Virus record (IMG/VR): IMGVR_UViG_3300032223_002232
Coordinates: 32,001 to 96,000 of that record
DNA: 64,000 nucleotides
Strand: one strand, 5' to 3'
DNA from: a virus
Both the position numbers and the translations under genes were made by a program. The notes under the pieces were generated by a model. The model saw nothing but the letters and a program-made list of their open reading frames with translations. It searched no databases and was not told the DNA's origin. Of this stretch, positions 11,733-22,899 are shown in pieces. Numbering within the stretch: position 1 is the stretch's first letter; each line of letters starts with the position of its first letter.

Positions 11733-14249
11733 TTACCTAGTACTTTGTGTATAAAAATTTAGTGTATAATTTGTGTTTGTTTGATTAGTTGGACTATTTA
11801 AATTAAATATTCCATACTCATTAAAATTTTTGATACCATATATACTCGTGTAATAAATTTTATCATTAGTATTGAAGTTACTATTTTGTAAGAAATTAAT
11901 ATGACCCAAAGAATTTACAGAATTTGTTAATGATATATAAGATGGTGCATGTGTATCAAAAAATGTATAATAAGAATCATATACATTATTATAAACATTA
12001 AGGTATGTGTTATAATTTGTACCCTGAACTGAATCCTGTAATCTGAAACTCCAACTTGCAAATATATTGCTTATTGGTGTAAATGATGCAAATGAACCAT
12101 TAAAATTTAAATATTTGAAATTCAAATTATAATTTGATATTTCAATTTGATATGATGCATTTGTATTTTTATTATTATATATGATATATTTTGAACTTAA
12201 TCCAAATCCAGTTGTTTTGAATAAATTTTGTTGTAATGATACAGATGATCTATTGTCAAGATTAAACAAACAATTAGCATAAAAATTACCATCAAGTATA
12301 ATACTGCTTTGTATTAAAGAATAATGACCAATCTCTCTACTAGCAGCACTATAATCAATTAATGTTAATTTACCACCATCTCTTACGTTAATCAGACCTG
12401 TATATGGTTGTGCTTCTGTATAGTTTACAATTGTTCCAGTTTGATCTGCGGGATTTCCTACAATCGCTAAACCATAACCCGGATAATAATTTGGATCATT
12501 GAACCCATAACCTGTTGACCATGTATTCCAATTTTTATTACCATAAATGTTAGTTGTTAAATAATAAGGATCTAAAAGATTATTACCACAAATATTAATT
12601 GTTGCGAGTTCAGATTCGACGTTTAATGCACCATATGTGTATATACCATTACCTAATAAAGCAACAGTAATATTTGAGAGGTTATTATTACCATTGTAAA
12701 ATACTAAACCTGATGAATCTATTGAATTTGTATAAATTTCAAAACATAAATTGTTTATTGATAAATTTACAAGCTGCGATTGGTTAAATTGAATTGGGCG
12801 ACCTATGACTGAAGATTTTGTATAAACATCAGTCCATGTATTATAATCAGTACCGTAAAAATTATTAAATGGAACGGCTGAATTTGAACAAATATATGTT
12901 CTGCATGTTATTTTTCTTGGAGCAAAATTAAATGGTCTCCATGTTGAATAATATTTTGTTAAATCATTGTTTACATATGTACCAAGTTCATATCTACCTT
13001 GTATGTTGATATTATTAAATTTTAATGGGTATAAATTAATATAAAAATATTCTCCACTTATATCTGCACTATTATTTTTAGGCCAAATGAAATCGCCGCC
13101 TTTTATTCCAGAATAATATAAATCTGGATATACAGCTTGTAGATATTCTGAACTATAAAAAGCAGAAGATATATTACCAGTATATGAACAACCTGAATAA
13201 GAACCACTACTATCAGATGTCCATGCATTTGCTTTATTCTCACCAGCTACAATATCCTCATCAACCCATATTGTTAAGTTATTACCAAAAATACCATTAG
13301 TGTAGATGTAATCTATAACAGGTTGAATATTTTTAAAATAAGGTTTTAATGTATTTGAATCGGTTGATACACCATCAGTAGGACCATTTATTGTTCTTGC
13401 TATGTTTATATCATCGGTGGAATAACTATCTGATGGTCTAATTACGAAATAATAATTTTTATTTGTAGATACACTTAATTGATTTTGATTATTGTAATAT
13501 AAAGGTGATGATTCATCTATTGCAATTTTACCATAAAAATTATTAGCATAGATATCGTTTTTAACATTAACATCATTATTAACTGTAATTTTAGTTGAAG
13601 ATACTTGACCAATAAATGAATTATTCGAACTTAAATTTTGTGTTGTTAATTTATTAGAACTATATACATTATTAGCAGTTAAATTTGCTGTTATGCTTAC
13701 GTCATTTGTTGCATATAAAGAATTTAATATATATGTGCTTACATTTTTTGTTATATAATTAAAAATACCAGCATTTAAACTAAATGTAGTAATATTGTTA
13801 GCAGTTAATTTATTAGTATATGTAGTTGCATTAAAATAAACATCACTGTTAAAACTAACACCCTTTGCATAATTAACAACAAGAGTATCATTACCATATA
13901 GGTTAGATGCATTTAAGTTTGTTATATAAGCATCAGATGCTCTAAGATTACCACTAATATCAACATTATATGTTGGATTTGGGTTATTAATACCCAATTT
14001 TTTATTTCTGATTATTAATGAATCATTACCACTAAATTTTCTAGAATTTAAATAAGAATTGGCTATTCCAAATACTGGAAAATAATATGATGAATTACTT
14101 TCAAATAATGAATAACCAGTAGGGAGTCCTAGACTAGGTTCAACTGCACCAATTTCAATATACCCTGTATTATAAGCAGTACTATTAACATTGTAATCCA
14201 GCGGATTCAGTCTATACCTATTACCTACTGATGGAGGACTCGTTGACAT
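11733..14249 (-). CDS. Fibre/structural protein, stalk-less paralog of the giant protein
   Basis: Shares blocks AYNxG..VEPSLGLP, KPx[13 protein letters not shown], PRKITxRTYI, YYPGYGLxIxGN and SIIxDGNF with 4067..11668. Confidence 0.8.
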   Translation of the reverse strand: MSTSPPSVGNRYRLNPLDYNVNSTAYNTGYIEIGAVEPSLGLPTGYSLFESNSSYYFPVFGIANSYLNSRKFSGNDSLIIRNKKLGINNPNPTYNVDISGNLRASDAYITNLNASNLYGNDTLVVNYAKGVSFNSDVYFNATTYTNKLTANNITTFSLNAGIFNYITKNVSTYILNSLYATNDVSITANLTANNVYSSNKLTTQNLSSNNSFIGQVSSTKITVNNDVNVKNDIYANNFYGKIAIDESSPLYYNNQNQLSVSTNKNYYFVIRPSDSYSTDDINIARTINGPTDGVSTDSNTLKPYFKNIQPVIDYIYTNGIFGNNLTIWVDEDIVAGENKANAWTSDSSGSYSGCSYTGNISSAFYSSEYLQAVYPDLYYSGIKGGDFIWPKNNSADISGEYFYINLYPLKFNNINIQGRYELGTYVNNDLTKYYSTWRPFNFAPRKITCRTYICSNSAVPFNNFYGTDYNTWTDVYTKSSVIGRPIQFNQSQLVNLSINNLCFEIYTNSIDSSGLVFYNGNNNLSNITVALLGNGIYTYGALNVESELATINICGNNLLDPYYLTTNIYGNKNWNTWSTGYGFNDPNYYPGYGLAIVGNPADQTGTIVNYTEAQPYTGLINVRDGGKLTLIDYSAASREIGHYSLIQSSIILDGNFYANCLFNLDNRSSVSLQQNLFKTTGFGLSSKYIIYNNKNTNASYQIEISNYNLNFKYLNFNGSFASFTPISNIFASWSFRLQDSVQGTNYNTYLNVYNNVYDSYYTFFDTHAPSYISLTNSVNSLGHINFLQNSNFNTNDKIYYTSIYGIKNFNEYGIFNLNSPTNQTNTNYTLNFYTQSTR

Positions 14250-14264
14250 AGGATTACAAACTGA

Positions 14265-14633
14265 TTAGTATGGTGTATTAACTGTTTCTAATATAGATAA
14301 TGTTATATTAATTTTATTATTATTAGCGGCAGATACGATAAAATTATCGTAAGCTTGTAAAACCAATTTATTAACTACGATGTTTACAGTGTCGTTTGGT
14401 GGTAATTGGAATCCTTGGAGTATGCTAATTGATGGTGATGCTTGTACATCCCCACCGGGACTAGCTGTGGTTGATAATGCAGCATTTACTGTTTGTGCTG
14501 TGCTATCAGTATTTGTAGCTAATGCTGAGATTATTATACCTGCTCGTTGGAACGGTGTGGTGTATATCGACGTTGGTGTAGTTGTCACCGCTGTTGATAT
14601 TCTTTTGAAGTAATTTAAGGGTATTTTTGCCAT
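14265..14633 (-). CDS. Small beta-rich structural protein
   Basis: 122 aa with TATAAATA 6 nt upstream; ends in the SILE motif often seen in small myovirus virion proteins. Confidence 0.65.
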   Translation of the reverse strand: MAKIPLNYFKRISTAVTTTPTSIYTTPFQRAGIIISALATNTDSTAQTVNAALSTTASPGGDVQASPSISILQGFQLPPNDTVNIVVNKLVLQAYDNFIVSAANNNKINITLSILETVNTPY

Positions 14634-14653
14634 ATTCTATATTTATACTTATT

Positions 14654-16723
14654 TTACTCAAGTACAATATTAAGTGGTGTAACCAAGGTTAAAATCGCTC
14701 TTTTGAACGTATCACCATCAATTGTTCCTGTGCTTTGTAAAATTTTGAAACTTGGACCTACTTTAAAGTCACCTAATTCGTTTGAACTTGTATAGAACAC
14801 GATTCCGGGTAAATTTGTATTAATTTCAGATATAGGTGCTCCTGTAGTGTCAAATGTTATATTGCCATATGTATCTAATACATAATTTGGCACACCTGCA
14901 TCAAAAATTGCTTCTGTGTTGTTATTAGCAACACCACCATTAGCTGGAATAGCCCAATACATTCTAGTACCAGTTCCCATGTATTCAAATGTATGAGAAC
15001 CTGTTTCGATCATACTTCTTGCATAAAACTTCATAGGAGCATTTGTGAAATCAAGACCTCTTAAATTTGTTAAATCTAATGGAATATTAAAATTTAATAA
15101 TATATCATATGCGTTATTAAGACCGCCTGTATAATTTTTCTTTGGTGTAATCTCAACAAAGAACAGCTTTGGTTCTGGTTTACCATTTAATGATATATCA
15201 CTATCTAAAATATAACCACCTGTAGGTTGACCATTCCAAGGATTGTCATCACCAATAGTAAAACACATATTTGTATATGGGAAACTTGCAACCGATTGAG
15301 TATTACCAAAATTGTCAGGATTAATTTGTAATGTAGATACATTGTTAACTGTGAATAAGTTACCAGCTGGTATATAACCATATGGTGGTACATTACCACT
15401 ATATGTATTTGGATCAGGAGCCATTGTAAATGTACCCTGTAAGATTGGTGTAGGTGATTTACCTCTGGCTATTAAGCCTGATAAACCAAATGTTGAATTT
15501 GATGTACTAATTGAACAGCTTCCACCAGTTTCGCAAACAACACCTTCTTTTGTTGCAACGGTAAAGATACTAACAAACTGAGCATAACCATGATTTTTGA
15601 TAACAATACCTCTACCACCTTGGTTAACTTGTGTGAATGAGTCAAGAACCATACTTCTGATATAACCATCAACTAAACTACCATCAATTCTCATACCTGT
15701 ACCTGCATTATTTGAACCTGTACCATATGTTCCTGTATTTGGATCAATTGAACCCTTATCAACAAGTGCTAAATTATCTGGTACAGAATATGACGTACAA
15801 CCCTGTACATATGGACTTGTGTAAATGGTTGGTCTAAGATTAGGAACAATTGCTGGATTAATTTCATAACCAGCGGTATTGTAAGCTATATTATATTGTG
15901 TTTGGGTTTCTGTTGTAACTGTAGCATTTGAAACTGGAAATGCTATAGCAGCTGAACCACCAACAATATCTTCAACTTCTTTTGTTATCTGTGTGTATGT
16001 TCCAGTATTTGAATCATAAGATACATCCACTACATTTCTTGTTTGAACAATGCTCTTATGACCTCTAAAAGTAAATCCCCAAATATAACAAGCACTACTA
16101 ACCCAGAACATGTCATTATATGCATATGTTGAATCATAAGGTCTAATTGTTGTTCTTCTTAAATTGTCACCAATCATTGATGTATTTGGTGGAAGATAAA
16201 TTGGTGTCTTTTCTGCATAATCACCAGAACGAACCATGATTGTGTATTGTTTCTTAGTTTGTGGTGGTGGTAAGAAATCTGCACCACCAGCGGTAGCTGC
16301 TGCTTCTAATGCCATAGCATCGGAAATAGCCTTTGCTGCTCTTTTAATTGTTCTAAATGGTAATTCTTCGTTTCTACCTCTTGTTGGTGAGTCAATTGTA
16401 TCACTAGCATTTACGTTATCAGATGATACATAATAAACTTCATTTATTACTGGACCATGTTTGTTAATATAATCTAATAGGGTTTGAACTGTTAAATTCT
16501 GTGTTGTGCCATTTGATCCTTGAGATATAGGCATTAAACTTGTAGAATCAATACTAGTTGTACTATCAAGTTGTGGTAATGAGTGAGAAAGAAAATCTAA
16601 AGGATGAACTTTTCTAGTAATATCTTGCTCAAGTACTAATAAATTATTTTTAACATCTATTGGTACTGCTGGTGATGCGTCCTGTCCACCTAAAGGTAAT
16701 TCGGGTATTCTGATGTAAGCCAT
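14654..16723 (-). CDS. Tail fibre/spike-like protein with beta-helix (pectin-lyase-like) domain
   Basis: Motifs YYVS..GR..PFRTIKRA, VRSGDYAE, GDNLRRTTIRP, SPYVQGCTS, SMVLDSFTQ and GDFKVG resemble large T4-like phage fibre proteins. TATAAATA lies 6 nt upstream. Confidence 0.7.
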   Translation of the reverse strand: MAYIRIPELPLGGQDASPAVPIDVKNNLLVLEQDITRKVHPLDFLSHSLPQLDSTTSIDSTSLMPISQGSNGTTQNLTVQTLLDYINKHGPVINEVYYVSSDNVNASDTIDSPTRGRNEELPFRTIKRAAKAISDAMALEAAATAGGADFLPPPQTKKQYTIMVRSGDYAEKTPIYLPPNTSMIGDNLRRTTIRPYDSTYAYNDMFWVSSACYIWGFTFRGHKSIVQTRNVVDVSYDSNTGTYTQITKEVEDIVGGSAAIAFPVSNATVTTETQTQYNIAYNTAGYEINPAIVPNLRPTIYTSPYVQGCTSYSVPDNLALVDKGSIDPNTGTYGTGSNNAGTGMRIDGSLVDGYIRSMVLDSFTQVNQGGRGIVIKNHGYAQFVSIFTVATKEGVVCETGGSCSISTSNSTFGLSGLIARGKSPTPILQGTFTMAPDPNTYSGNVPPYGYIPAGNLFTVNNVSTLQINPDNFGNTQSVASFPYTNMCFTIGDDNPWNGQPTGGYILDSDISLNGKPEPKLFFVEITPKKNYTGGLNNAYDILLNFNIPLDLTNLRGLDFTNAPMKFYARSMIETGSHTFEYMGTGTRMYWAIPANGGVANNNTEAIFDAGVPNYVLDTYGNITFDTTGAPISEINTNLPGIVFYTSSNELGDFKVGPSFKILQSTGTIDGDTFKRAILTLVTPLNIVLE

Positions 16724-16765
16724 TTTTAATATTTATACTAAAGAGCTTACAATTTTAATTATAAT

Positions 16766-18433
16766 TTATGCTGTATAAGATCCAGATGAATTAAATGTTA
16801 AAATTGTATTGGAACCATTTGTTGTTACACTTGGAGATCCTGTTGTTATGTTAGAATATCTGGATGTTGGTATTGAAAGTATAACAACACCAGAACCACC
16901 GTCAGCTGGATGTCCACCAGTATTATATGAACCTCCACCCCCACCTCCACCTTTATTGGCTGTTCCGTTCTGTGCAGCACTTGTTTGTGTTCCACCATTA
17001 CCACCTCCACCATTACCACCGTTACCGCTATTTGATCCACTATAGCCACCACCGCCACCGCCACCACCACCGTAATATAACCCTGTTATATTTACTTGTA
17101 AACCATCACCGCCATTTGCACCAATAGCATCCCACAATCCATTGCCTTCTCCGTTACCTCCGTTTTGATTAGAACCAGCACCACCAGCACCACCAACGCC
17201 ATAGGTGTGGGAACCGCCAGTAAAGCCATTTCCGCTATTACCACCTTGTAAACCAGCTGCTCCATTTCCACCTATTGCTGTTAATGTTCCTACGATTGAT
17301 GAATCTTGCCCATTTGTTCCAGTATATGAACCAGCACCACCAGCACCAACAATAATATTATAAATCTGGTTAGCTGTTACATTAATTGTTGAAAAATTAA
17401 CTGCACCAGCACCACCACCATTACCGGGACCGGGAGCACCAGAATAGCAGCCACCTCCACCTGCACCAACTGTTAAATAATTTATATTATATGTTGGATC
17501 ATATGTTGGTGTTGGAGTTAAAGTTGGTGTTGGAGTTAAAGTTGGTGTTGGAGTTAAAGTTGCTGATGGGGTATATGTTGGTGTAACAGTTGATGTTGGA
17601 GTATATGTTGGCGTAACAGTTGATGTTGGAGTATATGTTGGAGTTATAGACGGCGTTGGTGTTGGTGTTAGTGTTGCAGTTGGCGTAATTGTAGGCGTTG
17701 GTGTAGGCGTTGGTGATGGTATATAGTCAAGAATAAATGAACTTGAATTACCAAAAAGAGAAAATGCATTGGTTGTGTTTAATACACCATAAGGTATAAA
17801 TGAATTAATTTCTAATATATCTTTTGTGTTTAAATTGATACTAATTAAACCATTTTGTCCAATATCATTTTTAACAAAAAATGAAATATTAAAAACATTA
17901 GTATCAATATTATATGTTAACTTTGGATCTTCTTTTATGCCATTAGATGATAATAAATTTGTTATAGTATCAAATCCCAAAACTATATATTTTTGAAAAA
18001 TTTGATTTATTTTACCTGTGTTAATATTAAATTCTTTAAAAAATAAACAAAATTTTATATTTTGATTATTATCAATAACTAATGGATTAAATCCACAAAA
18101 ATATACTTTTTGGTTTAACTCATCAAACCAGTAATCAATATTTGTATCTGATAAATTATGATGAAAATCAAATAAACTATGTGGTTTTATAGTATTACCA
18201 TCAAAAACTAATTTTTCAAATATATAACCATTTTTAGTTTGAATAAAAATACTATCATAAAATACATCAAATCTTGTAATAATATTATAATTTAAATCAT
18301 AATAAAAATCAGGATGTAAAAATTCATATTTTAAATAAACAGAAGATAGAATTTCATTAGCAGATTTAACATTATTCTGCACATCTCTTAACCAAAGCTC
18401 TCCGTTGTAATTTATATCATTATAAAAGTTCAT
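16766..18433 (-). CDS. Structural protein with PT linker and C-terminal glycine-rich domain
   Basis: Likely start MNFYND at 18433 (ATGA overlap with the upstream stop). TP repeat at ~17500-17720, then [10 protein letters not shown]...GGSGVVILS. Confidence 0.75.
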   Translation of the reverse strand: MNFYNDINYNGELWLRDVQNNVKSANEILSSVYLKYEFLHPDFYYDLNYNIITRFDVFYDSIFIQTKNGYIFEKLVFDGNTIKPHSLFDFHHNLSDTNIDYWFDELNQKVYFCGFNPLVIDNNQNIKFCLFFKEFNINTGKINQIFQKYIVLGFDTITNLLSSNGIKEDPKLTYNIDTNVFNISFFVKNDIGQNGLISINLNTKDILEINSFIPYGVLNTTNAFSLFGNSSSFILDYIPSPTPTPTPTITPTATLTPTPTPSITPTYTPTSTVTPTYTPTSTVTPTYTPSATLTPTPTLTPTPTLTPTPTYDPTYNINYLTVGAGGGGCYSGAPGPGNGGGAGAVNFSTINVTANQIYNIIVGAGGAGSYTGTNGQDSSIVGTLTAIGGNGAAGLQGGNSGNGFTGGSHTYGVGGAGGAGSNQNGGNGEGNGLWDAIGANGGDGLQVNITGLYYGGGGGGGGGYSGSNSGNGGNGGGGNGGTQTSAAQNGTANKGGGGGGGSYNTGGHPADGGSGVVILSIPTSRYSNITTGSPSVTTNGSNTILTFNSSGSYTA

Positions 18434-20130
18434 GGTGTATATGGTGGATAAATTGAAGTGTAGGATGCTAATGAAGCGGATACAGGCCAACGGTAATATG
18501 TACTGAATAAGTTATATAAGTCGGCATTAACAGCTTGTGATACCGCTAGTGCGAATGTATCGCAAGCATTTTCTATATCTGAACCTGATGTAATATTTAT
18601 TTGTTTAATATTACTCCAAGTGTATAATAAGAATTGATCTCCAAATTTATTATATAAATCAAACATGAATGAAGCAAACATATCAGTACCCTGTAACGAT
18701 AATGCATTTGTTGGTGCTATATTATCATAAACTGTATTCATGAAATTATAAGATGGATCTGCTATATATGTATTAATTAAATTAATTACACCATATTTAA
18801 AATCATTGAATGGTGTACCATTAAATGGTGCGCCGTTTACTCCAGCAGAATCCATAGACATAAATCTCATAAATACCGCAAATCCAGTGGTAACCGTTTC
18901 ACTTGGTGTTGCATCAACTCTTCTTAAACTATCAACCCAGAAATTCCTTCCTAATTCATAGAATAATACTTGATCAAATTGATTATTCAAATTAACACCG
19001 CTATAAAGAGCATCCCATGATGATCTGAGTAATTCAATACCAGTTCTACCTAATTCACCACAACCAGAACCACATGTAGTGTTAACAACACTTACAGGAT
19101 CTTTACCTCTTAAAGTTACAAGTGTTAATGGATATTCACCGATTACTCTATAATAGAAGTCATAAGCTTTATCTAATTTATAGATTATATAATCTATTAC
19201 TGCTCGGTTTACATTTATGTTGGAAGGAATTTGTAAAGCTACATTTCTTCCAAGATAAGCTTTCATGTTGTAATTTACACTATCAAAACTTGTATATAAT
19301 GTATCTATTACTAATGAAGGACCATATGGTAGTGTTGGTGTTGGTGTAACCGTTGGTGTATGAGTGATTGTTGGTGTTATTGATGGAGTTGGTGTCGGTA
19401 TTTGTAATGATCTTGTAACTGTTGGTGTTATAGTTGGTGTTACAGTTGGTGTTGGTTGTATTTGTGGAATTGGGTTTAGATCTGGATTTACTATAGTTGT
19501 TTTTTCGTAAGGTATGATCGTTACTTCATTATTAACATTAGCAGATGTTAATGTTTTAAATTTACTAGTAAATGGATAAATATAGTTATAAGGTTTACTT
19601 AATTTATCAGCTGATATAATTGGTTTTGGTTTTAATTTCCAGTTAACCAAAGACATCAATATATTATTTTCATTTTGAGTTTGGAATGTATAAAGAATTT
19701 TATTGTCAGGTCCAAACATTTTAGTTTTTATTAAATGTATTTCATTGAAGAATTTATCAACACCATAATCCATTGGTGGATTTTTTAAATTTAATAAAAT
19801 TGTAAATGTTACAATATCAGAACTACCAAAAACATAAACATTTACATTAACTACATAAGTTGAAAGACTTAAATCTTTTGAATAAAACTCTTTAGTTTTT
19901 GGGTAATTTCTAGGATCACCTATTTCATTTGAAATTGGTAACCTATTATCTGAACCTAAAACTGGTTTAAATTTTACAATATCAGAAGTACCATCACCCC
20001 AAATATACTCAATCATTCTAATTTTATGAGATAATGATAAAGTTCTTGGGTCTATAGTTAAATCAAAAGGGGCATAATCACTAATAATTTGATTATCAGA
20101 ATTAAGATAAACTGTACGATTATAAACCAT
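18430..20130 (-). CDS. Structural protein with PT linker and C-terminal degenerate zincin-like domain
   Basis: PKD-like WGDGT near the N-terminus, TP repeat at ~19330-19460, and TCGSGCG...[10 protein letters not shown] in the C-terminal domain. Confidence 0.65.
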   Translation of the reverse strand: MVYNRTVYLNSDNQIISDYAPFDLTIDPRTLSLSHKIRMIEYIWGDGTSDIVKFKPVLGSDNRLPISNEIGDPRNYPKTKEFYSKDLSLSTYVVNVNVYVFGSSDIVTFTILLNLKNPPMDYGVDKFFNEIHLIKTKMFGPDNKILYTFQTQNENNILMSLVNWKLKPKPIISADKLSKPYNYIYPFTSKFKTLTSANVNNEVTIIPYEKTTIVNPDLNPIPQIQPTPTVTPTITPTVTRSLQIPTPTPSITPTITHTPTVTPTPTLPYGPSLVIDTLYTSFDSVNYNMKAYLGRNVALQIPSNINVNRAVIDYIIYKLDKAYDFYYRVIGEYPLTLVTLRGKDPVSVVNTTCGSGCGELGRTGIELLRSSWDALYSGVNLNNQFDQVLFYELGRNFWVDSLRRVDATPSETVTTGFAVFMRFMSMDSAGVNGAPFNGTPFNDFKYGVINLINTYIADPSYNFMNTVYDNIAPTNALSLQGTDMFASFMFDLYNKFGDQFLLYTWSNIKQINITSGSDIENACDTFALAVSQAVNADLYNLFSTYYRWPVSASLASYTSIYPPYTP

Positions 20131-20169
20131 TATTAATATTTAATGCAAAAACACTAAAATTAAACGATA

Positions 20170-22827
20170 TTAATTAAGATTTGTTTTCTTCCAATAAGAA
20201 CCTTGTTTAACTGCTAAGGTTCCAGCTGTAGAATTCCATACAACTAAATTAGCTGTCGTTGCACTGCTTCCAGTTTGAACGTAAAAAGTAATATTTGCAC
20301 CTTGAGTTGTTGATGGGGTGCTTGCTATAGGTTTTGCCAGAGCTAATAAATTCGTAGAAAGAGTTATACTAGCCCCACCTAAGCTACCAGAAGCCGCATT
20401 AGTTGCAATACCTCCAGCATTGGTATGTGCAATAAAACCAGAACCATTAAATGTATTATTTCCCGATAATGCAAATGTGGCTTGTCCACCAGCACTTGTT
20501 GTATATATAACATTAAAGGTTAATTCATAACTACTATTAGCTTGCATTGAAACTGTAGTATTAAATGCAACTTGACCCGGAGAAGCAGTTGTTGTATTTG
20601 AAGCACTATTGAAATTAGAAGAATTTGCAAGAGTTCCGTTAATTTCTCCAGTAAAATATAAATCTCCTGACACAGATAGTCTTTTACCACTAGTTGGTAT
20701 TCCACCAATACCAACTTGACCAGATGTATCATAATATAATACATCACCATAAACACTATCATAAAGTTTAGTTTTGTCACTTGATCTATAAAGTACAGAG
20801 TAATTACTACCACTTATTCTATCTTGAGCAGTAAATCCATTAATAGAAGTAATTGCACCGTTTGCACTTATTTGACCGTTAACTGTTAAATTACCTGAAT
20901 TTATTTGACCATTAATAGTTAAATTACCAGTAGATGATATAGCACCATTGACTGTAAGTGGAACATTTGGTATATTTGTACCAATACCAATATTAGCATT
21001 TTGATCTATAACCAACGCAGTCAATGGTGTTGTTGCACCAAATTGAGTTTTAATTACATATTTGTTTTGTAATTCATCATATAATGTAATAAATCCAGAT
21101 AGTGATCCAGCAATAGTACCAACTGAACCATCACCCTGTTCACCCATAAAAATTGAAGGATTGATACCATCATTTGGTGTTGGATGATTTAATACAAAAT
21201 CATATGCAGATAATCTTTGTGTGTTAATAGTACCACTACTATTAACATTACCACTTAAATATAAATCGTTTAATGTTGTATTTGAACTTACTCTAAGATT
21301 ATTTAAAGTTGAACCACCAGATACATTTAAAGTACTGGATAATACTGTTCCACCTAAAATATTTAAACTACCTGTATCATAAAGGTTGCCACTTACATAA
21401 AGATTATTTAAAGTTGAACCACCACTTACATTTAAGGTGTTTGATAATACAGTTCCACCAGAAACATTAAGACTATTGTTTAATGTTGCATTACCAATTA
21501 AATTAAATGTACTATTACCACTAAGAGATCCATTAATAGCTAATTTAGCACCGGGACTAGTTTCACCAATACCCACATTACCAGTGTTTGATACTGTTAA
21601 TTGTGTTGTAGCATTAGTTACAATATCAAAACTTGTATTACTTTCAGTTCCAACATATGATCTTGGATAATTTGTTATTGGAGTAGATATTGAAACTCTA
21701 TTTGCAGTTCCATCATCAGAAATTCTTATTTGAGGTTGATTATTACCCTGTGTTGATGCTGTGCTTTTCTGAATAGTTAAAGGTGCTGTTGGTGATGCTG
21801 TACCAAGAGCAATCCAACCATTTTTATTACCATCTACAATAAATGATGGTACACTTAAACTTATATCGTTGTCATAACAAACCAATATTGGTTGAGCACC
21901 TGTTTGAACTATAGTTACCGCTGCATCATTACCTATATTATTAACCTTTAATGAACTTGTTACTTGAACATGTGCATCAAGTTGTGTCAATGCACCTAAA
22001 GCTGAAAGATTGCCTGTTATAAGAGTATTACCATCAACAAATAAATCACCATTTAAATCTAAAACAATATTAGTTAATGGATATGAACCGTAACTTGCAT
22101 TTGGTGTTTTGAATAAACCAGTTCTATTCTTTAAAATGTTAACACCACTACCATTTGTTAATAATGAAATACTATCACCTTTAATTGATGCACCAGTTAA
22201 AGGACTGCTTACTGAAAGAGCTACATTAGGTGAATAAGAAAATACACCAATATTTGTACCATTAGAACTAATTGATGTTGTATTTGAATATGCATTAACT
22301 GCAACTCCCCCAACTGATCCAGCATTTATTGCTATATTTGGTGACCCCACATTTAAACCAATATTTGGGCTATATGCGGATACAGCATTTGATGTACTGT
22401 AAAAATTACCACCAACGCTATTACCATTAGCATTAAGAGCTATATTTGGTGAATAGGTATCTACACCATATGTAGTTCCATGTGAACGTACACCCCTTAT
22501 AGCTGAATAGAAATCGCCACCAATTAATGCACCATAAGCAGAAAGTGCGTCACCAGATGTACTTAAAAATTCACCACCAATTATAGGAGATTTAACATAG
22601 ATGCCACGATAACCTGCTAATGCACATAAAGCAGTATTGTTTGTACCAAAAAAGCCAGCAGTTGCACTTGCACCAGCGTAACAGCTTAATGCACCAGATA
22701 ATACGAAATCACCTCTAAATGGCTGCTGTGGGCTGGCTATTGGATCATGTCCAGCATCAGGATTAGTTGCACTTGTATAAGTGTGATGATTTTGTCTGTG
22801 GAATTTTGAATGGAATCTATTGCTCAT
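20170..22827 (-). CDS. Tail fibre-like protein with His-rich N-terminus
   Basis: Repeated fibre motifs GNVGIGETSP, ANIGIGTNIP and GQVGIGG, plus repeated LNVSGG units. Confidence 0.7.
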   Translation of the reverse strand: MSNRFHSKFHRQNHHTYTSATNPDAGHDPIASPQQPFRGDFVLSGALSCYAGASATAGFFGTNNTALCALAGYRGIYVKSPIIGGEFLSTSGDALSAYGALIGGDFYSAIRGVRSHGTTYGVDTYSPNIALNANGNSVGGNFYSTSNAVSAYSPNIGLNVGSPNIAINAGSVGGVAVNAYSNTTSISSNGTNIGVFSYSPNVALSVSSPLTGASIKGDSISLLTNGSGVNILKNRTGLFKTPNASYGSYPLTNIVLDLNGDLFVDGNTLITGNLSALGALTQLDAHVQVTSSLKVNNIGNDAAVTIVQTGAQPILVCYDNDISLSVPSFIVDGNKNGWIALGTASPTAPLTIQKSTASTQGNNQPQIRISDDGTANRVSISTPITNYPRSYVGTESNTSFDIVTNATTQLTVSNTGNVGIGETSPGAKLAINGSLSGNSTFNLIGNATLNNSLNVSGGTVLSNTLNVSGGSTLNNLYVSGNLYDTGSLNILGGTVLSSTLNVSGGSTLNNLRVSSNTTLNDLYLSGNVNSSGTINTQRLSAYDFVLNHPTPNDGINPSIFMGEQGDGSVGTIAGSLSGFITLYDELQNKYVIKTQFGATTPLTALVIDQNANIGIGTNIPNVPLTVNGAISSTGNLTINGQINSGNLTVNGQISANGAITSINGFTAQDRISGSNYSVLYRSSDKTKLYDSVYGDVLYYDTSGQVGIGGIPTSGKRLSVSGDLYFTGEINGTLANSSNFNSASNTTTASPGQVAFNTTVSMQANSSYELTFNVIYTTSAGGQATFALSGNNTFNGSGFIAHTNAGGIATNAASGSLGGASITLSTNLLALAKPIASTPSTTQGANITFYVQTGSSATTANLVVWNSTAGTLAVKQGSYWKKTNLN

Positions 22828-22899
22828 AATATTCTCAAGCCTCTGTTGTTACAGGAACCATTGCTGGTTACTATTCTTGAATATATTAATATTTACCCA

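Noticed and set aside
22830-22885. SAM-I riboswitch suggested by the TCAAGA start
   Set aside because: Too short, and lacks the kink-turn, pseudoknot and GCAACC core.
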